NCBI GenBank assembly: GCA_017461945.1
Contig: JAFTSB010000061.1
Span: 1,966-65,965, forward strand
Reading direction: 5' to 3'
Length of the DNA: 64,000 bases
Origin: Clostridia bacterium
GTDB lineage: Bacteria; Bacillota; Clostridia; Oscillospirales; CAG-272
Shown here: one piece after another, positions 8,791 through 17,259 of the stretch
How positions within the stretch are numbered: position 1 is the first letter of the stretch
Layout of the letters: each line of letters begins with the position of its first letter
Notes under the pieces: model-generated
The model's input: the letters and a program-made list of their open reading frames with translations, nothing else
What the model was told of the DNA's origin: nothing
Database searches by the model: none
Translations under genes and position numbers: made by a program

Positions 8791-9450
8791 TTATTCCTTT
8801 GGGCAATGCGCAAGGCATGTGTTCAGGTATTGATCAATCGCCTTCTCGCCAAAGGCGGTGCTGCCCAAGGGCACGTAATCGTGGGAGGCTATGATCCCGT
8901 GCAGATCCAACTGACGGATGTGCGCGATGGATTGGCGATACAACGACGGAAAACGGATACCGTTGGTGTACTTTCCAACCCCTGCTTGCTGCAGGCAGTC
9001 CCCGGTGAGTAGCGTGTGTGTCTCCAGATCCAGATAGCCGACTGATCGCTCTGTGTGGCCGGGGAGCGGTATGACCTGCAACCGGTCTCCGATGATCTCA
9101 TTTTCGCAAAGAAGGCGAAACGGGGTATCTTTCAAGGGTTCAAAGGAACAAATCTCCATGTGGGGGAAATGCTCTGCCAGGCGTGCAGCGCCCCCGGCGT
9201 GATCGCCGTGCCGATGCGTCAATAGCAGAGCAATGGGCGCTTCTTCAAAACCTAACCGCCGCAGGGCGGGGAGAATATGATCGTCCACGTCCCGGGCGGT
9301 GGTGGCGCAGTCGATCAGCACATAGCCACCCGATACACGAACGGCGAATACAGCGGTATAAATCTCTTCAAACGGCACCTCCAAAATGTGAATGCCGCAA
9401 ACGGGCTCTGTTACTTTCATAGTTTTCAAAATCCTTTCACGTATTAGCAT
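8791..9450 (-). CDS. MBL-fold metallo-hydrolase
   Basis: The HxHxDH motif appears as THRHGDHAGG. The start may be 9450 (7-nt overlap with the upstream AraC gene) or the ATG at 9420. Confidence 0.8.
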   Translation of the reverse strand: MLIRERILKTMKVTEPVCGIHILEVPFEEIYTAVFAVRVSGGYVLIDCATTARDVDDHILPALRRLGFEEAPIALLLTHRHGDHAGGAARLAEHFPHMEICSFEPLKDTPFRLLCENEIIGDRLQVIPLPGHTERSVGYLDLETHTLLTGDCLQQAGVGKYTNGIRFPSLYRQSIAHIRQLDLHGIIASHDYVPLGSTAFGEKAIDQYLNTCLAHCPKE

Positions 9451-10235
9451 TTTGCGCGCAATTTTCCGGGCGGAAAGCCATAGATCTGCTTGAATTTGTG
9501 TGAAAAATAGTTGCTGTCGTTAAAGCCACAGGCAAAGGCCACCTCGGCCACGCGCCGACTTGGATCGGCTTTCAAAAGCTGTTCGGCTTTCTGCAGTCGC
9601 ACCGTGGTCAGATATTCCGAAAAACCAAAGCCAGTTTCGCGTTTGAACACGCGGGAAAGATGCTCCGGACTAATACCCATTTGTTTCGCCAACTCAGTCA
9701 GAGTCAGGTCGCTGGCATATTGCTCCTTAATGCAGGCGATGGTCTGCTCGGTATACAGAGTGCTGGGCTGCACCGAGGCGCAGCTTTGGGCGTTTCGAAT
9801 CAGCAGATAAAAAAGCAGATGCATCTGTCGCCGCAGCACCTCTTTCGAAAAAGCATCGGGATGGTCAAACTCGTGCTTGACCTCCTCCAACAGCTGGCGG
9901 ATCCGAGGTGTCAGAGCAGAATTGCGATAGAGGTAGGGCAACGGGGAGAGATCCATATCCGGTGGCGCAAAATGACGCGAGCAATACACCAATCGCCGGC
10001 GGCGTTCGCCCCCCTCATAACGGGTCTTGTGCAGAATCCCCTCCGGGATCAGCACCAGATCCCCCTCGGCCACACGATACAGCTTGTCATCGATAAAGTA
10101 GTGGCAACTGCCTCGCTCCATAAAATATAACTCCAGCATATTGTGAAAATGTCTGGGGCCGCCGGGCACATCCTTGGGGTTGATCTTGTCCTCAAAAAAC
10201 AGAAATTCACCATTTTCCAAGCCTTGAAATTCCAT
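9444..10235 (-). CDS. AraC family transcriptional regulator (cupin sensor plus HTH)
   Basis: N-terminal cupin-like region (HFHNMLELYFMERG). C-terminal AraC HTH (ACGFNDSNYFSHKFKQIYGFPPGKLR). Confidence 0.85.
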   Translation of the reverse strand: MEFQGLENGEFLFFEDKINPKDVPGGPRHFHNMLELYFMERGSCHYFIDDKLYRVAEGDLVLIPEGILHKTRYEGGERRRRLVYCSRHFAPPDMDLSPLPYLYRNSALTPRIRQLLEEVKHEFDHPDAFSKEVLRRQMHLLFYLLIRNAQSCASVQPSTLYTEQTIACIKEQYASDLTLTELAKQMGISPEHLSRVFKRETGFGFSEYLTTVRLQKAEQLLKADPSRRVAEVAFACGFNDSNYFSHKFKQIYGFPPGKLRAKC

Positions 10236-10373
10236 ATCCTCACCTCTCCCTCGTTATTGTAGCATATCAGATCAAAAAAATCAAGAATTTGTGGTTTAAA
10301 TCAAAATATTTAAGGAAAATACCATACTTTTTGATTTACAATACAATCAACAAGCCAAAAAGGAGGCAAAACA

Positions 10374-11771
10374 ATGAAATACAACGGAAATAAGGTTGAG
10401 GATATTAAGATCGCCTATGTGGGCGGTGGCTCTCGTGGTTGGGCCTGGGGACTGATGAGTGACTTGGTCAGCGCCGACGATATCAGCGGCGAGGTGCGAC
10501 TGTACGATATCGACCGCGAAGCCGCCGACCACAATGTGATCATCGGCAACAAGTTCAATAAGGCCGAGGGTGCCAAATCCACTTGGACCTATCGTGCTAC
10601 CGATACGTTGGGCGAGGCGCTGGAGGGCGCTAATTTCGTGGTGATCTCCATTTTGCCCGGCACCTTTGACGAAATGGAAAGCGACGTACATACCCCCGAA
10701 AAGTACGGCATTTACCAGTCGGTGGGCGATACCTCCGGCCCCGGCGGTGTTGTGCGTGCCCTGCGAGCCATCCCCATGTTTGAGGTGATCGCCAAGGGCA
10801 TTCAGAAGCATTGCCCCAACGCTTGGGTCATCAATTATACCAACCCCATGACCATGCTTGTCCGCACCCTGTACCGGGTGTTCCCGGGCATCAAGGCCTT
10901 TGGCTGCTGCCACGAGGTGTTCGGCACGCAAAAGCTGCTGGCGGCTATCGTAAAAGACCGATACGGTATCGAAAATATCCAACGCGACGAGATCAAGGTG
11001 GAGGTCACGGGTGTCAATCATTTCACGTGGCTGACTGCCGCAAAATACCGCGATATGGATCTGTTTCCGCTGTATGCCGAGTATGCGAAAAAGCACGTGA
11101 ATATCGGCTTTGCCATCCCGGGCAGCAAGGATGAAAACTGGATGAACAACGCCTTTGCCTGCCAGCATTGCGTGAAATTCGATCTGTTCAACCGATTTGG
11201 TGCCATCGCTGCCGCAGGTGATCGCCACTTGGCGGAGTTCTGCGAGGGCAAATGGTATCTGGCAAGCCCCGAGCAGGTGAGAGAGCGCCACTTTGGTCTG
11301 ACGCCTGTCTCTTGGCGCAAAAAGGATTTGCAAAATCGCTTGGAGAAAAGCCGCAAACGCCTTTCGGGCGAGGAAACCGTTGCTTTGCGTCCCACGGGCG
11401 AGGACGGTGTCAATCAGATCCGTGCCCTCCTGGGACTCCATACCATGGTGACCAACGTGAACCTCCCCAACGTAGGGCAGATCCCCAATCTTCCCTTGGG
11501 GGCTGTGGTGGAGACCAATGCCGTATTCACCTCCGATACCGTAACCCCTGTGATGGCGGGCGAGCTGCCCACGGCCATCTATCCGCTGATCGCCCGTGTC
11601 GTAGCTGAGCAGGAGCAGGTAGTAGAGGCTGCGATGACGCGTGACCTTGACCTTGCCTTCCGTGCCTTTGCCAACGATCCGCTGGTGACAGTAGATCTGC
11701 CCACCGCCCGTCAGCTGTTTGACGAAATGATCGAAAACACTAAGACGTATTTGCAAGATTACGACATTTGA
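10374..11771 (+). CDS. glycoside hydrolase family 4 (NAD/Mn-dependent alpha-glycosidase)
   Basis: N-terminal Rossmann IAYVGGGS. The GH4 signature region is PNAWVINYTNPMTMLVRTLYRVFPGIKAFGCCHEV. Confidence 0.85.
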   Translation: MKYNGNKVEDIKIAYVGGGSRGWAWGLMSDLVSADDISGEVRLYDIDREAADHNVIIGNKFNKAEGAKSTWTYRATDTLGEALEGANFVVISILPGTFDEMESDVHTPEKYGIYQSVGDTSGPGGVVRALRAIPMFEVIAKGIQKHCPNAWVINYTNPMTMLVRTLYRVFPGIKAFGCCHEVFGTQKLLAAIVKDRYGIENIQRDEIKVEVTGVNHFTWLTAAKYRDMDLFPLYAEYAKKHVNIGFAIPGSKDENWMNNAFACQHCVKFDLFNRFGAIAAAGDRHLAEFCEGKWYLASPEQVRERHFGLTPVSWRKKDLQNRLEKSRKRLSGEETVALRPTGEDGVNQIRALLGLHTMVTNVNLPNVGQIPNLPLGAVVETNAVFTSDTVTPVMAGELPTAIYPLIARVVAEQEQVVEAAMTRDLDLAFRAFANDPLVTVDLPTARQLFDEMIENTKTYLQDYDI

Positions 11772-11781
11772 GGAGGGAATT

Positions 11782-13251
11782 ATGCGTTATTGCACACCAG
11801 AGCAGGCGGGAATCCCTTCTGCAAAAGTGCTGGAGCTTCTCCAAAGCTTAGAAAGCAAAAATCTTTCCACTCACGCCGTGCTGATGGCACGGGGCGATCA
11901 AATTTTCTGCGAGTGCTACTATAAGCCCTTTCACAAGGAGTTCAAGCACCGGATGTATTCGGTCTCCAAAAGCTTTGTGTCGGTAGCCGTGGGCTTTTGC
12001 GAGCAGGATGGGTTGCTTTCTTTGGACGATCCGCTGATCAAATTCTTTCCCGAGTACGTAAAAGATCTTCCACCCGAAAAAATACCGCCCTCGACCCTGC
12101 GTGAAATGCTGTTGATGGAAACCTCTCAAGAGGCGGCGCTCAGTTGGTTCCGTGTGGGTGGTGATGACCGTGTCAAGACTTATTTTTGTGAGCACACCAA
12201 AAAATATCCTCATACGCTGTTCCGTTATGATAGCAACGGCTCCTTTATGCTGGGTGCCGTGGTAGAGCGGGTCACCGGCAAGCCCTTTATGACTTATTTG
12301 CATGAAAAAGTGCTGGACGATATTGGATTTTCGTGCGACGCCTATTGTCTACAGACTCCCGGCGGTCATTCGTGGGGCGATTCCGGCGTAATGTGTACCG
12401 CCATGGATCTGATGCGTTTTGCGCGCTTTGTGCTGAACTATGGCACGTGGCACGGCAAACGCTATCTCAATGAGCAATACCTGCGCGATGCCACCACTCC
12501 CCAAGTGTCGGTGGGGGATTATGGCTTCGTCTATCACGGTGCCCACGGCTATGGCTATCAATTCTGGGGAGCGCCCGAGGGCTGCTTTGCCATGCTGGGC
12601 ATGGGCAATCAGATCGCCCTGTGCGATCCCACACACGACTTTATTTTCGTGATCAACTCTGATAATCAAGGCAATTCTTACGCTTACGAACTGATCTATG
12701 AGGCGCTGTTCCAGACCGTGATCCCATTCTTGGGCGATCCTTTGCCCGAGGATAAAGAAGGCTTGCAGATGCTGGCGCGCTTTGGCGAAGACAGAAAGCT
12801 GTTCGCCTTGAAGGGCCCTAAAAACAGCACGTTTTCGCATACCGTCAGCGGTAAAACCTTTGTTTGTGAGCCCAATCCTATGGGTTGGAAGTGGTTCCGC
12901 TTACAGCTGACCGAGGGGCAGGGGACATTGCACTACGAGAACGACCAAGGTGTCAAGGAGCTTTCCTTTGGCTTGGGTCAAAATGTGTTCGGCAGCTTTT
13001 CGCAAGAGGGATATTCCGATCTCGTGGGCACCGTTTCCGCCCCCGGGCATAAGTACGCCTGCGCCTGCAGCGCGGACTGGCCGGAGGTGCAAAAGCTGCG
13101 CATACGTGTGCAGATTATCGACAAATATTTTGGCAATCTGGCCATTGTGCTGGGCTTCCGCGATGCGGATCACGTCTCGGTGCGTATGAGCAAAACGGCC
13201 GAGCATTTTCTGCAGGAGTACAACGGCGTGCTAAACGCTATCGCCCAATGA
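11782..13251 (+). CDS. beta-lactamase-fold serine hydrolase
   Basis: S-x-x-K motif in MYSVSKSFVSVAVG and Y-x-N in FRYDSNGSF. It begins 10 nt after the GH4 gene. Confidence 0.8.
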   Translation: MRYCTPEQAGIPSAKVLELLQSLESKNLSTHAVLMARGDQIFCECYYKPFHKEFKHRMYSVSKSFVSVAVGFCEQDGLLSLDDPLIKFFPEYVKDLPPEKIPPSTLREMLLMETSQEAALSWFRVGGDDRVKTYFCEHTKKYPHTLFRYDSNGSFMLGAVVERVTGKPFMTYLHEKVLDDIGFSCDAYCLQTPGGHSWGDSGVMCTAMDLMRFARFVLNYGTWHGKRYLNEQYLRDATTPQVSVGDYGFVYHGAHGYGYQFWGAPEGCFAMLGMGNQIALCDPTHDFIFVINSDNQGNSYAYELIYEALFQTVIPFLGDPLPEDKEGLQMLARFGEDRKLFALKGPKNSTFSHTVSGKTFVCEPNPMGWKWFRLQLTEGQGTLHYENDQGVKELSFGLGQNVFGSFSQEGYSDLVGTVSAPGHKYACACSADWPEVQKLRIRVQIIDKYFGNLAIVLGFRDADHVSVRMSKTAEHFLQEYNGVLNAIAQ

Positions 13252-13346
13252 CCCCGCCCCTCCGCCCCGCCTTCGCGGCTGCGGAGGCCCCACCCATAAC
13301 CCCTGCGCTTGCGGGCCGCCCTCCCATGCGGCGGCCTGCAACCGCC

Positions 13347-13378
13347 GCCCCCTTGGCCTCCCCCAAGGGGGCTTTTGT
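13347..13378 (+). terminator. intrinsic terminator
   Basis: GCCCCCTTGG / CCAAGGGGGC 10-bp stem (13347-13356 / 13363-13372) followed by TTTTGTT. Confidence 0.7.
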
Positions 13379-13636
13379 TATGCCCATAATTGTTCGATAC
13401 GCCGATTGCCCATAAAAGGGAGCGTCTCTCCCTACCCCCATTGCATATTTATTCACCCCTTGTTTCGCCTTGCGTGTATACATATGTGCGCACCTGCGCG
13501 CCCCCGGGCGTTTTAATATGTTGCAAAAATGTAAACAACTTTAGTTGATTTCAACAAATCGTCACTTTTCAATACCGTCAAAAGAAAACAAACGCAACAA
13601 AAATTGTGGACAAATGCGAATATTTGTCAAAATCTA

Positions 13637-13665
13637 TTGAAAATTTATTGGCCTTGCGGTATAAT
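13637..13665 (+). promoter_or_regulatory. sigma-A-like promoter of the sipW locus
   Basis: TTGAAA (13637-42), a 17-nt spacer, then TATAAT (13660-65). A 7-bp inverted repeat GACAAAT/ATTTGTC lies just upstream. Confidence 0.5.
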
Positions 13666-13763
13666 GATACTACATATATATTATGGGAAAGGGGATACTA
13701 TACCCAAAAATCGACCCTTTTCGTGATATTCCTTCATTTTAGCAAGAAAAGGAGCAAAACGGC

Positions 13764-14303
13764 GTGTCGCAACAAATCAAACGGGTTTGGAATATGGTCA
13801 CCACCATCTTTGTGGTGCTGATCGTTCTGCTGGCCATCCTGCTTGTGGGTGTTCGCTTGGTTGGCATCAAGCCCTATACCGTTCTTTCCGGCTCTATGGA
13901 GCCCACCTACCACGTCGGCTCTCTGATTTACGTAAAAGAGGTTGACCCCCTCACCCTGCAGGAGGGCGACCCCGTCACCTTTATGTTAAACGAGAACACC
14001 GTGGCCACCCACCGCATTATCGAGCGTATTCCCGATGAGACCGATCCTACCGTGGTTCGCTTCCGTACACAAGGCGATAACAACGATACCCCCGATGGCG
14101 AGCTGCTGCATTGTAAAAATGTCATTGGCAAGCCGCTCTTTACCATTCCGTATCTTGGCTATCTGGCCAATTACATCCAAAACCCTCCCGGCCGTTTCGT
14201 GGCCTTGGGCGCGTGCGTGTTATTGCTGCTGGCTGTGATCTTTTCCGGCTCTGACAAAAAGACCGCACCCAAAGAGGAGACCACCCAAAACGGAGAAGGC
14301 TAA
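13764..14303 (+). CDS. sipW: signal peptidase I, ER/archaeal (SipW) type
   Basis: SGSMEP (Ser nucleophile) and ATHRI (His) boxes with N- and C-terminal TM segments, as in B. subtilis SipW. GTG start follows AGGAGC. Confidence 0.85.
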   Translation: MSQQIKRVWNMVTTIFVVLIVLLAILLVGVRLVGIKPYTVLSGSMEPTYHVGSLIYVKEVDPLTLQEGDPVTFMLNENTVATHRIIERIPDETDPTVVRFRTQGDNNDTPDGELLHCKNVIGKPLFTIPYLGYLANYIQNPPGRFVALGACVLLLLAVIFSGSDKKTAPKEETTQNGEG

Positions 14304-14423
14304 CGCAAGTCTTTCCGGGCGCTCCCCTTAACATGGGGAACGATCACACTTGGTGACAAGCCGCAAGGCTTTCACATAAATTTTGATCCCAACTAAAAAT
14401 TTTAAAGAAAGGAGAAAAAAGCA

Positions 14424-15014
14424 ATGAAAAAGAAGATTCTGGTAACCCTGTCTGTTATCGCTTGCGCACTTCTGCTGGTTGTCGGCTCCGTCGTCGGTAC
14501 CTTTGCGTATCTGACTTCTAATGCCACTGTTACCAACACCTTTACTGTTGGTAATGTTGCAATTACTATGGATGAGACCGATGTGGATAATTCTACCCCC
14601 GATAAAGATCGTGATACCGTTAACAGCTATAAGCTTATGCCTGGTCATACGTACACCAAGGATCCGGAAATTCATGTGGATCCTGCAAGTGAAGATTGCT
14701 GGTTGTTTGTCAAGCTTTCTGACGGGCTGGAGTCTATTCAGGCTGAGGATACCGTTGAGCAGCAGCTGATCAAAAATGGCTGGTCTTGCATTGATGAGGC
14801 TAACAATATTTGGGCTCATGAGAATGTCGCAAGCGCTAACGATGATGTGAAAGTTTTTGATTACATTAAAGTCAAGGGCGATGTTAACAGCGAAGATTTG
14901 GCTGCATACAACAATGCAAAAGTCAGTGTGGTTGCGTATGCAATTCAGGCTGATGGCTTTACCTCTGCTGAAGCTGCATGGAACGCAGCTAAGACTGCCG
15001 GCGATATCGCCTAA
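14424..15014 (+). CDS. TasA/BsaA-like secreted subunit 1 with SipW-cognate signal (196 aa)
   Basis: MKKK, then a hydrophobic span, then GTFAYLT, then TNTFTVGNV. C-terminal AYAIQ. AAAGGAG RBS. Confidence 0.75.
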   Translation: MKKKILVTLSVIACALLLVVGSVVGTFAYLTSNATVTNTFTVGNVAITMDETDVDNSTPDKDRDTVNSYKLMPGHTYTKDPEIHVDPASEDCWLFVKLSDGLESIQAEDTVEQQLIKNGWSCIDEANNIWAHENVASANDDVKVFDYIKVKGDVNSEDLAAYNNAKVSVVAYAIQADGFTSAEAAWNAAKTAGDIA

Positions 15015-15033
15015 TTGCTAAGGAGAACAAACG

Positions 15034-15609
15034 ATGAAAAAGACATTGATTACAATTCTTGCAACCGTTTTGGTATGCTGCTGCATAGTTGGCGGAACTC
15101 TTGCTTGGTTGACCGACAAGACCGAAACTGTCACTAACACCTTTACTGTTGGTGATGTTAATATTAAGTTGACGGAAACCATTAATGAAACGGAAACGGA
15201 TGTGTCTGATGCTGCTGCAACGGCTAATTTCAAGATGATTCCCGGTAACGAGATTCCTAAGGATCCTAAAGTGACTGTCTTGAAGGGCAGCGAAGCTTGC
15301 TGGGTTTTTGTGAAGATCGTGGAAACTGACACCAAGAACTTGATTGATTGGGAAATTGCTGAAGGTTGGACTCTTGTAGAGAGTTCTAATGGTACTAGCG
15401 TGTATTATCGCGCCGAGAATGATCTTTCCGATAGCGCTAACGATGGCACTTCTTACTCTGTGTTGAAGGGTGATAAGGTTACTGTAAGTAGCACCAATTT
15501 GGTAAAGGGTGAAACCGAAAAGCCTACCTTGGTGATTACGGCTTACGCTGTTCAGCAGGCAAATCTCACTTTCAATCAGGCTTGGGAGCAAGCCAAAACT
15601 CTTGGTTAA
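15034..15609 (+). CDS. TasA/BsaA-like secreted subunit 2 (191 aa)
   Basis: GTLAWLTD, then TNTFTVGDV. C-terminal AYAVQ. It shares PG..(Y/I).KDP and ..CW.FVK with subunit 1. It starts 19 nt after the previous stop. Confidence 0.75.
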   Translation: MKKTLITILATVLVCCCIVGGTLAWLTDKTETVTNTFTVGDVNIKLTETINETETDVSDAAATANFKMIPGNEIPKDPKVTVLKGSEACWVFVKIVETDTKNLIDWEIAEGWTLVESSNGTSVYYRAENDLSDSANDGTSYSVLKGDKVTVSSTNLVKGETEKPTLVITAYAVQQANLTFNQAWEQAKTLG

Positions 15610-15630
15610 CTTAACGGAGAATAACGACTT

Positions 15631-16368
15631 ATGAAAAAGAAAATTCTTGTTGTAGCTCTGGTCGTTTGCGTACTGGTTCTTTCCATCGCAAGCGCAACCA
15701 TGGCTTACTTCACCGACACTCATTCTGTAACCAATACCTTTACAGTTGGTGATGTTGACATCACCTTGACCGAGGCAGCAGTTATGCAGGATGAAACCAA
15801 CGGTAATATCGTTGCTGATCCTAACGCTGATCCTGTCCGTGTAGAGAATGGTATTGATTTCGGAACCGCGTACGGTTCTTTGTTCCCGATGCAGAGCATT
15901 TGCAAGGATCCCACCATCAACAATGTTGGTTCCGAGCAGGCTTACATCGGTGCAATCATTACGATTGCCAATGGCGAAGATAAAGTTGCTGGTGCTGATG
16001 TTACCAAACTGCTTACCTTTACCGGAGATGCTGCTGCTGATCTTGATGAGCTGGCAGTAAACGTCACCGACTTCCTGGTAGGCTTGATTGATAGCGGAGT
16101 AGCTACTGTTTCTTATGCCAAGGTTGACGGCACTGTTAAGGTTTACATTGTTGTGAAAGCTGCAGTTGCCGGTAACAATGCGGCTGGAGATATTGATTTG
16201 TTCCAATCTGTCAAAATTGCAGATAAGTGGGACAATGCGCAGATGAAAAATCTCAGCGATTTGGAGATCACCGTTGATGCTTACGCAACTCAGGTTGCAG
16301 GCATGGGCAACGATCCCGTTGCTGCATTGAACACTGCGTTTGAAGATATCTTTCCTACCAACCCCTAA
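15631..16368 (+). CDS. TasA/BsaA-like secreted subunit 3 (245 aa)
   Basis: ATMAYFTD, then TNTFTVGDV. C-terminal AYATQ. It starts 21 nt after the previous stop. Confidence 0.75.
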   Translation: MKKKILVVALVVCVLVLSIASATMAYFTDTHSVTNTFTVGDVDITLTEAAVMQDETNGNIVADPNADPVRVENGIDFGTAYGSLFPMQSICKDPTINNVGSEQAYIGAIITIANGEDKVAGADVTKLLTFTGDAAADLDELAVNVTDFLVGLIDSGVATVSYAKVDGTVKVYIVVKAAVAGNNAAGDIDLFQSVKIADKWDNAQMKNLSDLEITVDAYATQVAGMGNDPVAALNTAFEDIFPTNP

Positions 16369-16377
16369 TTTCGAATC

Positions 16378-16399
16378 CCCCCGCCCAGCGGGGCGGGGG
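16378..16399 (+). promoter_or_regulatory. very GC-rich hairpin after the third subunit gene (possible attenuator or processing/stability element)
   Basis: CCCCCGCCC / GGGCGGGGG 9-bp all-GC stem with loop AGCG. No clean T-run follows. A second imperfect ~12-bp hairpin lies at about 16431-16478. Confidence 0.4.
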
Positions 16400-16571
16400 A
16401 ACCCCCTCGCATCCCTTTATTTATAAGGTAGGGAAAGCGATAGGCGCTTTTGTTGGGATCTCGCATATCGCCTTTCCCTCCCTTAAATAACTCTCTCGTA
16501 CCTCACCGCGATTACCCCACCGCGCGCCTGGCGCGCAAACCACACACTCTGAAAGAAAGGAGGCTGAAAAA

Positions 16572-17240
16572 ATGGATCAGAATCCGTCCGTCACGACTAA
16601 CGAGCAAACGGTAGCCACCCCCGAATCCGTGGCCGCTAAAAAGAAGTCCTTTAAGCGTTCTCTTATCTCTATGCTCGCCATTACTGTAGTTGCCATTATC
16701 ATTTTTTCGGCCCAGACAGTTGCGTACTTTACCGATGACAATTCCACCGGTAAAAATGTCATTCAGTCCGGCAATTTGGATATCGAATTGATTGAAATGA
16801 CCGAGGTGGGAGGCAGCCAAGTGCTGTACACCAACCCTGTCAGTGTTATGCCTGCAACGTCTGTTAGCAAGATCGTATCGGTACACAACGCAGGCACTCT
16901 GCCCGTGTACGTCCGTGTCTCCTTGGAGACCGCGATCCATCAACATAACCAAGAAAAAAATCTACCCGATCATTGGCAGTCGCTGATTACCTGCAATATC
17001 AATGCAGAATATTGGACCTACCAAAACGGATATTTCTATTATAATTTGCCCCTTGAACCCGGCAAAAGCACCGCACCGCTGTTTGACACGGTCAGCTTTT
17101 CTCCCGCCATGGGCAACGAGTTCACCAATAGCGAGATCACCTTGACCGTTACCTCGGAGGCAACCCAATCTAACGGCACCGGTGAGACCGCAACCACCGC
17201 AACCGGCTGGCCCACAAGTGCCGCCACCACGCAGGAATGA
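16572..17240 (+). CDS. TasA/camelysin-like secreted protein 4 (222 aa)
   Basis: Long basic N-terminus, a TM segment, then QTVAYFTDD ... NVIQSGNLDIELIE. Later YVRVSLE ... GYFYYN.PLEPG ... LFDTVSF and the terminal EATQ follow the classic TasA/CalY layout. Confidence 0.7.
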   Translation: MDQNPSVTTNEQTVATPESVAAKKKSFKRSLISMLAITVVAIIIFSAQTVAYFTDDNSTGKNVIQSGNLDIELIEMTEVGGSQVLYTNPVSVMPATSVSKIVSVHNAGTLPVYVRVSLETAIHQHNQEKNLPDHWQSLITCNINAEYWTYQNGYFYYNLPLEPGKSTAPLFDTVSFSPAMGNEFTNSEITLTVTSEATQSNGTGETATTATGWPTSAATTQE

Positions 17241-17259
17241 TTGATTAAGGAAGGGAAAT

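Noticed and set aside
10347-11756. 469-aa ORF antisense to the GH4 gene
   Set aside because: The opposite strand encodes a protein with clear GH4 motifs and a proper RBS. The antisense product is Gly, Arg, His and Ala-rich with no motif or RBS, which is typical of a GC-driven shadow ORF.
13238-13483. 81-aa minus-strand ORF in the GC-rich tail
   Set aside because: The product is Gly, Ala and Arg-rich low complexity with no RBS. The ORF overlaps terminator hairpins.
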